A stretch of DNA of 64,000 nucleotides from the sequence record MT612988.1; one strand, written 5' to 3'. Below are positions 25,380 to 33,543 of this stretch, piece after piece (position 1 is the stretch's first letter; every line of letters starts with the position of its first letter). The notes under the pieces are model-generated. The model was not told where the DNA came from, did not search any database, and saw only the letters and a list, made by a program, of their open reading frames with translations. The position numbers and the translations under genes were made by a program.

Positions 25380-25408
25380 ATTATACACGGCATCACGATA
25401 CGATAAAC
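25380..25408 (-). promoter_or_regulatory. GTTTAT-17-TATAAT promoter for primase
   Basis: -35 at 25403-25408, -10 at 25380-25385, GGAGG SD. Confidence 0.7.
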
Positions 25409-25410
25409 AT

Positions 25411-25432
25411 AAAAAAGCCCCGTTTCCGAGGC
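25411..25432 (-). terminator. Terminator of the late 3-gene operon
   Basis: gcctcg-gaaa-cggggc followed by T6. Confidence 0.8.
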
Positions 25433-25438
25433 GTTTTA

Positions 25439-25918
25439 TTATTCGAAATGTCTGAACTTCTTCAGCTTTTTCTTTTTCTTTTTCTTACCGATAGTTTCAG
25501 GACCTGCATTAGTTACAGCACCAGTCGTTTCACCAGAAGCAATCGACTCTGGTGAGCTACTACCGTCACCCGCATCACCTGCAACAACAGCTTCTTCGAC
25601 TCGAATACACTCTTTCGCGAAATCTTCAGATAACCCGTATTCTTTTGCAAGCTCAATCAGCAACAAATAAGACGCGCCATAATCAAGTGCTGTTTTACCA
25701 CCTGGTAATGCACCAACCATGCGCTTGATATTTCTCACAGTAACATGAAACATCGTCCAGTTACTTTTCTCTTGTGCAGTTACAGGGTCACGCAACTTCT
25801 TACCATCTGCGTCGATGATACCCATTCGATATGCTTCCCAACGTTCAAAACGAAGATGAAGCAAACGAGACAGACGAAGAGCATAAAAACCATCTGCACC
25901 ACGTTTAGCTACACTCAT
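25439..25918 (-). CDS. gp61.1-family protein with C-terminal gp23 N-arm-like segment and poly-Lys tail
   Basis: FYALRL...WEAYRMGIIDADG...TMFH...RNIKR recalled from the T4-like 61.1 family; adjacent to gp61. Confidence 0.7.
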   Translation of the reverse strand: MSVAKRGADGFYALRLSRLLHLRFERWEAYRMGIIDADGKKLRDPVTAQEKSNWTMFHVTVRNIKRMVGALPGGKTALDYGASYLLLIELAKEYGLSEDFAKECIRVEEAVVAGDAGDGSSSPESIASGETTGAVTNAGPETIGKKKKKKKLKKFRHFE

Positions 25919-26742
25919 TATGCCCCCAAGATTTGCTCAAGTTGACGATCAAAGATCTTCTCTGCTTCATCAAGTGGTAATGGTACGCTGCGCATGAATT
26001 CGTGCAGATTATCTTCGCGAATCAGATTTTCAATAGTACTAGATGGTACTTTGTTCTTGACTTCAACGATCTCGAATCGTGTTCCACCTACACGTAGGAA
26101 GTGACGACCTAGACGGCGATACTCAGCTACTTTGTTCGCTTCTACAAATGCAAACACGCGAGTGATACCTTTTTGAATCATAGTCTCTACTTCAGCAAAC
26201 ATCACGCCTTTCGGTGCAACATCGACATCAGAGAACGATTCAAATAATTCAACGCGCTCTTGAAGTGATAAAACCTTGTTCTGAGCCTCAGGTACAAACA
26301 CTTTACCAACAGCACCAACGTGTTCACACGCTTCAGATAATGTTTTAGTCAATTCTTTATGACCAACTGAAGGAATGCTTGAATCCACGTCCATGATACA
26401 CGCAGCGTCAATCGCACACTCATTCACAACGGTTTCATGTTCGAAGAAATCTTTTTCCGAAACGACAAATAGACCCTCATCAAGTTTAGCTGCAATTGCT
26501 TCAGCTTCTTGTTGTTGTTTCTTCATCGTTGCTTCTTCTTTTTCAGCAGCAGATTCTTTGTCAAACATGGTGATTTTGCCGCGAATTGCGTCTCGAACAC
26601 GAATGTCCATCATCGGTGTGATGTTCGCCCCGAGTTCTTTTTTCTTTTGCGTATATAGTTTCTCGATTTCAACTACACCGTCTTTGGTAGTACATTGGTG
26701 AACCGACGCAATAAGTTCTTCCAATTTATCTTTGATAGCCAT
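25918..26742 (-). CDS. UvsW.1-like domain fused to a degenerate cytidylyltransferase-like domain
   Basis: IASVHQCTTKDGVVEIEKLY...DIRVRDAIRGK versus T4 UvsW.1; C-terminal PSVGHKEL and SSTIENL...EFMRSVP. Confidence 0.55.
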   Translation of the reverse strand: MAIKDKLEELIASVHQCTTKDGVVEIEKLYTQKKKELGANITPMMDIRVRDAIRGKITMFDKESAAEKEEATMKKQQQEAEAIAAKLDEGLFVVSEKDFFEHETVVNECAIDAACIMDVDSSIPSVGHKELTKTLSEACEHVGAVGKVFVPEAQNKVLSLQERVELFESFSDVDVAPKGVMFAEVETMIQKGITRVFAFVEANKVAEYRRLGRHFLRVGGTRFEIVEVKNKVPSSTIENLIREDNLHEFMRSVPLPLDEAEKIFDRQLEQILGA

Positions 26743-26745
26743 TAG

Positions 26746-27591
26746 CTACTCCTCGTAAACAATCGTATTTTTAGTAATTCTTGATTCGAATACAACTTCA
26801 ACACGTACACCATAAGGCAATGCCTTAGAACGGCGACATGCATCATTTCTAATCAACATATACGGGTGATATACAGTATCTTTAATATCTTTCGCGTTCA
26901 ACAAAACATCACCGTTAATATGCAAGGTACCGCGTTTGAATACAAAATCATCTAGTGTAAAGCTATTGACTACAACAAGACCGTTATTGAGAATGTCTGA
27001 ACCAAATACAACATGATTTATTTCGTCGTCTCGTAGTCTGCGTGCGATTGGCTGGCTAAGTCTCTTCACTTTACCATCGTCAGAATAGTCCGATAATGTA
27101 ACCATCTTCTTGACTATCATTTGTGATAAAAGCTTACGAGCTTCAGTGCCGTGAATAACGTCAGTACTAGCCCAACGCTCGGCATTTGATTTTTTAATCG
27201 AAATCGGAAAATCGCCGCTTACGGTCTTCAATACCATATCGGCTTTTTTGTTGTTTTTTGTGTCGTGACCAGTCATTTCAATCGACTGAACACCTTTTAT
27301 TACTCGTCGACCAATTTTAATCCGAGTACAGCCAGAATCAATGTGTTGCTTTACAATATTATAGAAATTGCGTTCATTCTCGATGCCCGGATTAGATGTT
27401 GGTTTGACGTATACTCTGCATTTTTCCATCTGTATACAACCAATTGAACTGCCTGGGTCGCACTTCTTGTACGTCCCGTCAAGCTCTTTCGCAAGTTTAA
27501 CAATTAGACCAAGTCGATTTTCATCTGTGTAGATAACGATCTTTCGGCTATTGATAATTCTCGCGTCATATCTTAACAAAACATCTATCAT
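26746..27591 (-). CDS. PD-(D/E)xK nuclease-like late protein
   Basis: ENERNF...KADMVL...PISIKK pattern; late promoter and RBS-occluding hairpin upstream. Confidence 0.5.
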   Translation of the reverse strand: MIDVLLRYDARIINSRKIVIYTDENRLGLIVKLAKELDGTYKKCDPGSSIGCIQMEKCRVYVKPTSNPGIENERNFYNIVKQHIDSGCTRIKIGRRVIKGVQSIEMTGHDTKNNKKADMVLKTVSGDFPISIKKSNAERWASTDVIHGTEARKLLSQMIVKKMVTLSDYSDDGKVKRLSQPIARRLRDDEINHVVFGSDILNNGLVVVNSFTLDDFVFKRGTLHINGDVLLNAKDIKDTVYHPYMLIRNDACRRSKALPYGVRVEVVFESRITKNTIVYEE

Positions 27592-27593
27592 AG

Positions 27594-27642
27594 TGCATGA
27601 ACACCATCTTTAATACCATACCAGTATTTAGATGTTCATGCA
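27594..27642 (-). promoter_or_regulatory. Late promoter TCTAAATA (27625-27632) inside an RBS-sequestering hairpin
   Basis: Perfect 10-bp arms tgcatgaaca (27594-27603) and tgttcatgca (27633-27642), plus inner pairing. Confidence 0.8.
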
Positions 27643-27655
27643 GATAGACTACCAC

Positions 27656-28180
27656 TTAGAAGTCGTAACTTACCTCTTTGGACTCACGACGTTTGTCAAG
27701 AAGTTGTCGCAGATCAGTTAAACGAATCATCGGCTGACCGATGTTACGCTGCAAGTTATCACAACAAACGTTCACGTAACGATAGTCATCAATCGTTGCG
27801 TAATGCACGTGCCCGTGAATGCTGAAATGACCACGCAGTTCATCGGGGTGTAATGGAAAATGACTCAACCAACCCAACTTTTTGTACTTTTCACAACCGC
27901 GAATCACGTCAAACGCACGCATGTAGCTTGAAACAGGAAGATCGTCATGATTCCCGCCATATTGTACTTTACGACCCGGCAAACCAGCAAGAATTCCAAC
28001 AGCTTCTTCAGTAAATGCAGTATCACCAAGCATAATCACAGTGTCACGCTTGCGAACGTTCTTCAACCAGAAGTCAACAATCCAGTCGGTATTCGCTTGA
28101 GTGTCTTCAATGTCATCCCGAAACTTACCAATATTTTTGTGACCTAAATGCAGATCACTTGTAATCCAAACACAACTCAT
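27656..28180 (-). CDS. Calcineurin-like phosphoesterase
   Basis: SDLHLGH, LGD, GNHD, SHFP, HGHVH. Confidence 0.9.
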   Translation of the reverse strand: MSCVWITSDLHLGHKNIGKFRDDIEDTQANTDWIVDFWLKNVRKRDTVIMLGDTAFTEEAVGILAGLPGRKVQYGGNHDDLPVSSYMRAFDVIRGCEKYKKLGWLSHFPLHPDELRGHFSIHGHVHYATIDDYRYVNVCCDNLQRNIGQPMIRLTDLRQLLDKRRESKEVSYDF

Positions 28181-28656
28181 TAATTTCTCTCTTTATCAAT
28201 AACCATTTCATCATTTACCCGAACGTACAAGATTTGATTATCAGAGCCGCGCCACGCTTTCTGCGTTGGTTGATGTCTCTTGTATCGTCCGTCAATGAAA
28301 ACATCAATATAATTCATTATCTCTAAATGATAAACATGAGATAATTTGTAACCGCTCCACAACCAAATGTCTTTATCGGGATATCGCTCTTTCACTGATT
28401 TACAAATACGCAATATTTCGTCGCGATTGCTCGGGTGCAACGGGTCACCTCCTGAAAGACTCAGCCCATCGTGCTGCTCTAAGCTCGTCAAAACGTCTCT
28501 AAGCGTTTCTTCAGTGAAATCGATACCATCGTTCGAGTCCCACGTAGATTCGTTGTAGCAGCCCTTACAGCGATGCTCACAACCAGAAACGAAGATGCTC
28601 AATCGAACACCTTCGCCGTTTGCAAAATCAAATTCGTTAATCTTCTGATACTTCAC
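28180..28656 (-). CDS. nrdG: Anaerobic ribonucleotide reductase activase (radical SAM)
   Basis: NGEGVR, SGCEHRCKGCYN, LSGGDPL, DGRY, RGSDNQ. Confidence 0.95.
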   Translation of the reverse strand: MKYQKINEFDFANGEGVRLSIFVSGCEHRCKGCYNESTWDSNDGIDFTEETLRDVLTSLEQHDGLSLSGGDPLHPSNRDEILRICKSVKERYPDKDIWLWSGYKLSHVYHLEIMNYIDVFIDGRYKRHQPTQKAWRGSDNQILYVRVNDEMVIDKERN

Positions 28657-29239
28657 TTACCTGCCATCCCGCAAAAACATCAATATTGAGGCGACAAGAT
28701 TTTTTGATACCATCATTCGATACATGAACAATATTTTTGTTCATAGCTTCGCGTCGAGAAAATGTAAACGGTACATCATCTGCAACAACTGTGATGAAAT
28801 CATCATTACAAAACACAACTGTTGCTTCTTCTTGTCTCGGCTCGAATTGACAGTTCAAGTATACGTCAATCGTGTCACCTTCGTTGATACGAACATATTC
28901 CATCTTCGTTTCAATCGTTTCTTTATTGTATGACAGCACACCGTCGTGATTAAACAATTCTTGAAACGTTTCTCGTTCTTCAAAACGTGAAATGATACCA
29001 AAGCTAGAATTATCGCTGACTCGACTGCCTTGAACAATAAACGTCAAAGAACTCATATAATCATACAAAACACAGTCGCCAGTTTCGTCTTGATATATAA
29101 ATCGAGCATCTATAGTATCACTCGCACTTAAACTCAAGCTGCTACTACTCATAGGTTCGACGTATACTCTAACATCTTTACCAATTTCTAAAGCTGTCGG
29201 CGTGTATGTAGGTATTCTTCGTTCTTTTTGCGTAAACAT
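28637..29239 (-). CDS. Hypothetical protein
   Basis: 200-aa ORF. Confidence 0.7.
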   Translation of the reverse strand: MFTQKERRIPTYTPTALEIGKDVRVYVEPMSSSSLSLSASDTIDARFIYQDETGDCVLYDYMSSLTFIVQGSRVSDNSSFGIISRFEERETFQELFNHDGVLSYNKETIETKMEYVRINEGDTIDVYLNCQFEPRQEEATVVFCNDDFITVVADDVPFTFSRREAMNKNIVHVSNDGIKKSCRLNIDVFAGWQVSEVSED

Positions 29240-29240
29240 T

Positions 29241-29657
29241 TTAAAACTCCCAATTTATTTTAGACGTGTGACCATGTACTAACGTGCAACAGCCGCCCCG
29301 AACCCATTGACCAGACAACTTACGGCGATAGTATTTGCCACCCGTTGATGTCGTGATCATCTTCATTGTTTTTGAAATCTTCGTGATTACACCGTCGGGA
29401 TGACTGTCACCATTGAAACAATAGCTAACTGAATCACCTACACGTGGCTTTTTGATAATGTCAAAGCGCGGCAAGCAACCTGAACCTGCGTCCACAACCA
29501 TGTATAAATCTTGGTCGAGCATGTTGCAAACTTCAGTAACTCGCTCTAATGTTTTCCAATCTCTACGAGATTCAACAGTGTGACCCTCTTGGCGCCACTG
29601 TTCAGCTACTGAGTGTTCGTCGATAACGCTGCAAGTTGTCAAGTTGATGTATAGCAT
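29241..29657 (-). CDS. Hypothetical early protein (start ATG 29657)
   Basis: GAGAGAGAAACATTATG leader. Confidence 0.7.
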   Translation of the reverse strand: MLYINLTTCSVIDEHSVAEQWRQEGHTVESRRDWKTLERVTEVCNMLDQDLYMVVDAGSGCLPRFDIIKKPRVGDSVSYCFNGDSHPDGVITKISKTMKMITTSTGGKYYRRKLSGQWVRGGCCTLVHGHTSKINWEF

Positions 29658-29700
29658 AATGTTTCTCTCTCTGTTAGTCGATGTCGTCTCGATGAAGTTA

Positions 29701-29729
29701 ATATTACGCACTTATGATTCGTGTTGCAA
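29701..29729 (-). promoter_or_regulatory. Early promoter TTGCAA-17-TAATAT
   Basis: A-tract, GGTTGCAA, 17-nt spacer. Confidence 0.8.
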
Positions 29730-29748
29730 CCTTTTTCTTCGTCAAAAA

Positions 29749-29773
29749 CAAAAAAAGCGCCCGAAGGCGCTTT
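29749..29773 (-). terminator. Terminator after nrdD
   Basis: agcgcc-ttcg-ggcgct followed by a T-run. Confidence 0.85.
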
Positions 29774-29774
29774 C

Positions 29775-31610
29775 TTAACAGTGTTTAACTCGATTTTGCA
29801 TTTCGACAGTCTTGCCGTGATTCCACCCACGAGCACCCGGGTTACCGAGATAACCGCAGACACGTCTCGTTACATTGAGCTTTTCAGGGTCGCGTTCACC
29901 ACAAACAGGACAAGAATAACCCAGCGAATCACCATGAGCTTCACCAGACCAACCACACGTACACTGATCAATCGGGGTATTCGTACCGAAGTAAGCTACT
30001 TTAGTGTAAGCATAATCCCATACGCGCTCTAGACCTTTGATGTTATCTCGCATATTCGGGAACTCAGCATAACAGATGAAACCACCGTTTGCATGAATTG
30101 GGTATGCAGCTTCAAAATCAATTTTCTCAAATGGGTTAACTTTCTTGAACACGTCTAAGTGAAACGAGTTTGTGTAATAGTCTTTGTCATTGATACCTGT
30201 AATGACACCGTATTTCTCTTGGTCGAGACGACAGAAACGATCACACAGCGATTCACTTGGTGTACTGTACAGACTGAAACCGTAGCCCGTCAGTTCTTTC
30301 CATGCATCTGTGTACGCTCTAAGAGTTTCCACAATCTTTTCAGCGAGGAATTGTTTGTGCTGTGACTCAAACGTATGCATGTCTTTATCTGGCGAAAGCA
30401 ACGTTACTGCTTCGTGTAACCCGATATAACCAAGCGAGATACTTGAACGACCGTGTTTGAAAACTTCACTGACTTTATCAGTTGGCTTCAAGCGCACGCC
30501 CATTGCACCTTCACAGTATAGAATCGGAGCAACTGATGCAGTTACATCATCAAAACGCTTAATACGCAACATCAATGCTTCGTAAGCTAGTGTACAACGC
30601 TCGTGTAAGATCTCGAAGAAGCGTTCAGTATCACCCGATGCTTCAATAGCAATACGCGGGATATTGATTGAGACGACGCCTAAGTTATTACGACCATCGA
30701 ATACCGTTTCACCATCTTCGTTCTTCCAGTCACCCAAGAATGAGCGACAGCCCATTGGAGACTTAAACCCACCAGTCGTTTCAACTAGTTTGTCATAGTT
30801 CAAAATGTCTGGGTACATACGCTTACTTGCACATTCAAGAGCTAACTTTTTGATGCCGTAGCACGGGTCGCCTTCTTTTAGGTTCACGCCGTCTCTCAAT
30901 GTGAAAACAAGCTTAGGGAAAATAGCAGTTTTCTTAGTCTTACCTAGACCTGCAATACGATTCTGAAGAATACTTTTTTGAATAAGTTTTTCTTCCCACG
31001 ACGTACCTAACCCGAAGTTGATTGTCGTGAATGGTGTCTGACCGTTTGAAGTCTGCATCGTATTGACTTGATATTCAAACGTCTGGAATGCATCGAACGT
31101 TTCCTTTTCAACACGCTTTCGTGCAAAGATAGCAGCTTTAGAATCAGAGTCGGGATGTTCTTCGCGACCTACTTCGAGCCATTTATAATATGACTTACGA
31201 ACATAAGGTGCTAGGACTTCGTCGATTCTATTGATCGTGTTACCGCCGTAGATATGGCTACTTACTTGCTGAATAATCTGAGTTACAACAGTGGCAGCAG
31301 TGCTAATACTGTTTGGTTCTTCGATTTCAGCATTACCCATTTTGAAACCGCCTTCAAACATGCCTTTGATATCAATAAGCATACAGTTGAATTGCGGGAA
31401 TAATGGGCTGTAGTCAAGGTCATGAAAATGAATATCGCCGTCGATATGTGCATCTGCAATATGCTTCGGTAGATAGTCTTCAAGTGCGTAATGTTTCGAC
31501 ACTGTGCCAGCTACTAAGTCACGCATTGTAGGGATTACTTTCGAATCTTTATTTGCATTCTCTTTGTTGTTACCCGAACCGCTAACAATGTCTAAAATGT
31601 CGTGTTTCAT
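29775..31610 (-). CDS. nrdD: Anaerobic ribonucleoside-triphosphate reductase (uninterrupted)
   Basis: IHFHDLDY, NCMLI, PMGCRSFL, GRNNLGVVSIN, PSESLC, CPVCG, RRVCGYLG. Confidence 0.97.
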   Translation of the reverse strand: MKHDILDIVSGSGNNKENANKDSKVIPTMRDLVAGTVSKHYALEDYLPKHIADAHIDGDIHFHDLDYSPLFPQFNCMLIDIKGMFEGGFKMGNAEIEEPNSISTAATVVTQIIQQVSSHIYGGNTINRIDEVLAPYVRKSYYKWLEVGREEHPDSDSKAAIFARKRVEKETFDAFQTFEYQVNTMQTSNGQTPFTTINFGLGTSWEEKLIQKSILQNRIAGLGKTKKTAIFPKLVFTLRDGVNLKEGDPCYGIKKLALECASKRMYPDILNYDKLVETTGGFKSPMGCRSFLGDWKNEDGETVFDGRNNLGVVSINIPRIAIEASGDTERFFEILHERCTLAYEALMLRIKRFDDVTASVAPILYCEGAMGVRLKPTDKVSEVFKHGRSSISLGYIGLHEAVTLLSPDKDMHTFESQHKQFLAEKIVETLRAYTDAWKELTGYGFSLYSTPSESLCDRFCRLDQEKYGVITGINDKDYYTNSFHLDVFKKVNPFEKIDFEAAYPIHANGGFICYAEFPNMRDNIKGLERVWDYAYTKVAYFGTNTPIDQCTCGWSGEAHGDSLGYSCPVCGERDPEKLNVTRRVCGYLGNPGARGWNHGKTVEMQNRVKHC

Positions 31611-31856
31611 TCATTCCTCTTCTAACAATTTGTCGATGCGAGATAAGACGCTCACACCCTCGCCTAGACATTCGCCATTGTAAAACGCTATTGGGTGGGC
31701 AATATAACCATCATCTTCAGCGATTTTCTGAAGTTCTTTATAGCGTTCACTAGGAACAAATGCGTCATAAAAAATATGTTTAATGTTTCTATCATTTAGC
31801 GAGTCGCACAACTTGCGACAAGCTAAACAATATTTTGACCCGATAATCTCTACCAA
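31611..31856 (-). CDS. Glutaredoxin/thioredoxin-like protein
   Basis: GSKYCLACRKL (CxxC), HPIAFYNG; next to nrdD; GTG start. Confidence 0.75.
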   Translation of the reverse strand: MVEIIGSKYCLACRKLCDSLNDRNIKHIFYDAFVPSERYKELQKIAEDDGYIAHPIAFYNGECLGEGVSVLSRIDKLLEEE

Positions 31857-33250
31857 TTTACCGCCTCTGCTTTCTGCGTCTGTTCTTTCTTCTGCGCGAA
31901 AGGAGTCGCCGATTGCGTTTGAGATTGAGCAGGCGCCGTATAACTCGCAGTACCATCTACATCACCCCAACGTTGTTTACCTTTGTTAACAGCAATCATA
32001 AATGTCTGGTCTTGGTTACGGTCAGCATAACGAGACTTAATCTGTTTCACTCGTTGTTGCCCGAGCGCGACAGTTTCTTCAGTTTCCATAATACCGAGAA
32101 TCAAGTCAGCAGTATGAGCAAGACCAGCCGATTCAGCAATATCACCCATTCCCATGTCACTTGCATCCCATGCGTTACGTGTAGTCTGAGCAGCAGACCA
32201 AACAGCAACGTTATGTTCAACAGCAAAACCACGAATTTCTTCAGCAATAGCTTTAACGTGAACGTATGTATTTTCTGAACTTGCAACACGTGAACTTGCA
32301 CAGATACCAAGATAATCGACAATCACAATGTCTGGGATTACGTCTTTCTTGGTGCGAAGCTCATTCATCAACGTATTGAAGTGAGTTACATTCGCGCCCG
32401 CAGTCGGGAACTGTTTAATGAATAATTTACCTTGAGTTTTCTTCTCAAGATTCTGAATCTTAGTGCCGTATGTTTTTTCAGTAATAGTATCGAAATCGTC
32501 CATACTGATGTCCATTAAGTTGGCATCAATACGCTTCGACACTGCCGCTTCACTCATTTCCATACTGATGTATAGAACGTTGTAGCCTTGTAGAAGATAC
32601 TCAGTTGCTAAATGACACAACGCAAGTGATTTACCCACGTTAGAACCCGCTAGAAGTAGGTTCAGAGTACTTCTTTCAACACCACCTTGAGTGATCTTGT
32701 TTAAAATGTTCATTTTGAATGGGATTTTTGCTGCTTTCTCGATATACGATTTGTATCGAGGTTCCCAATCTGCAAAATAATCATGACCAACTGATGTGTC
32801 AAAACAAACGTTCAATGCATCACGCATCAAATCGGGAATCGCACCAAGCGTTTTCATTCGTTTGTTTTGTTGATCAAGTGGTTTAGCTGCATTCTCTTGA
32901 ATAGCAAGTGATTCACTAAGCGCGTTAAAAACGCTCTGTTCGATACAGAACTGTTCAGTCGTGTCAATCAACCATCTCAGGTCGTGACTCGGGTGAGGTT
33001 CTAGTTCATTTATTGTTTGTTGTATCTCTGCATAGTCGTATTCACTAATCCCTGTCAATGACTCAAGACATACTTTCAAAACTTCAGGTGTCGCACGACG
33101 TTTGTACTCGTCTGCGTGGTTCTTAATCATCATAAAGATATGCTGATGAGCAGTTGACTGAAAGTATTCTTTTTTCAAGTGAGGGATTACGGTAGCAAAG
33201 TACTCTTGATTTTCGATAAGATTTGAGAAAATCGACTTCTCGATTTGCAT
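31850..33250 (-). CDS. 41: Replicative helicase gp41
   Basis: AGSNVGKS (Walker A), LYISMEM, IVDYLGI, SAAQTTR, KQIKSRY. Confidence 0.97.
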   Translation of the reverse strand: MQIEKSIFSNLIENQEYFATVIPHLKKEYFQSTAHQHIFMMIKNHADEYKRRATPEVLKVCLESLTGISEYDYAEIQQTINELEPHPSHDLRWLIDTTEQFCIEQSVFNALSESLAIQENAAKPLDQQNKRMKTLGAIPDLMRDALNVCFDTSVGHDYFADWEPRYKSYIEKAAKIPFKMNILNKITQGGVERSTLNLLLAGSNVGKSLALCHLATEYLLQGYNVLYISMEMSEAAVSKRIDANLMDISMDDFDTITEKTYGTKIQNLEKKTQGKLFIKQFPTAGANVTHFNTLMNELRTKKDVIPDIVIVDYLGICASSRVASSENTYVHVKAIAEEIRGFAVEHNVAVWSAAQTTRNAWDASDMGMGDIAESAGLAHTADLILGIMETEETVALGQQRVKQIKSRYADRNQDQTFMIAVNKGKQRWGDVDGTASYTAPAQSQTQSATPFAQKKEQTQKAEAVNW

Positions 33251-33525
33251 TGTTCTTTTACCCCATTCTTGTTCTGTTCTTCACGAATAAGTTTCATAAT
33301 ACACGCCTCAACATGCGGACGAATTTGTTCTTCTTTGTCTGGATGTTGAGTTACAAATTCAATTTTGAGTCTGCCGCTATTATCTACTAGAATGTCAGTA
33401 ATATAAACTTCAATATCGTCAATCATTATACTAAATTTCACGCGCTCTTGAAGCTCGGTTAGCATTTCTGTTACTTGGTTCGGAGTCATACGATTCGTCC
33501 CGTCTAAGGTGAAAAAGACCCGCAA
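33187..33525 (-). CDS. 40: Head vertex assembly chaperone gp40 (likely start near 33489)
   Basis: RPHVEACI resembles T4 gp40 APHVEKCI; uvsX-40-41 synteny. Confidence 0.75.
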   Translation of the reverse strand: MRVFFTLDGTNRMTPNQVTEMLTELQERVKFSIMIDDIEVYITDILVDNSGRLKIEFVTQHPDKEEQIRPHVEACIMKLIREEQNKNGVKEQCKSRSRFSQILSKIKSTLLP

Positions 33526-33543
33526 TTAAGCGGGCCAGTATCG

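Noticed and set aside
29775-31610. Possible intron or intein in nrdD (also checked gp41, uvsX and gp39)
   Set aside because: Normal lengths, continuous motifs and no intein or homing-endonuclease signature.
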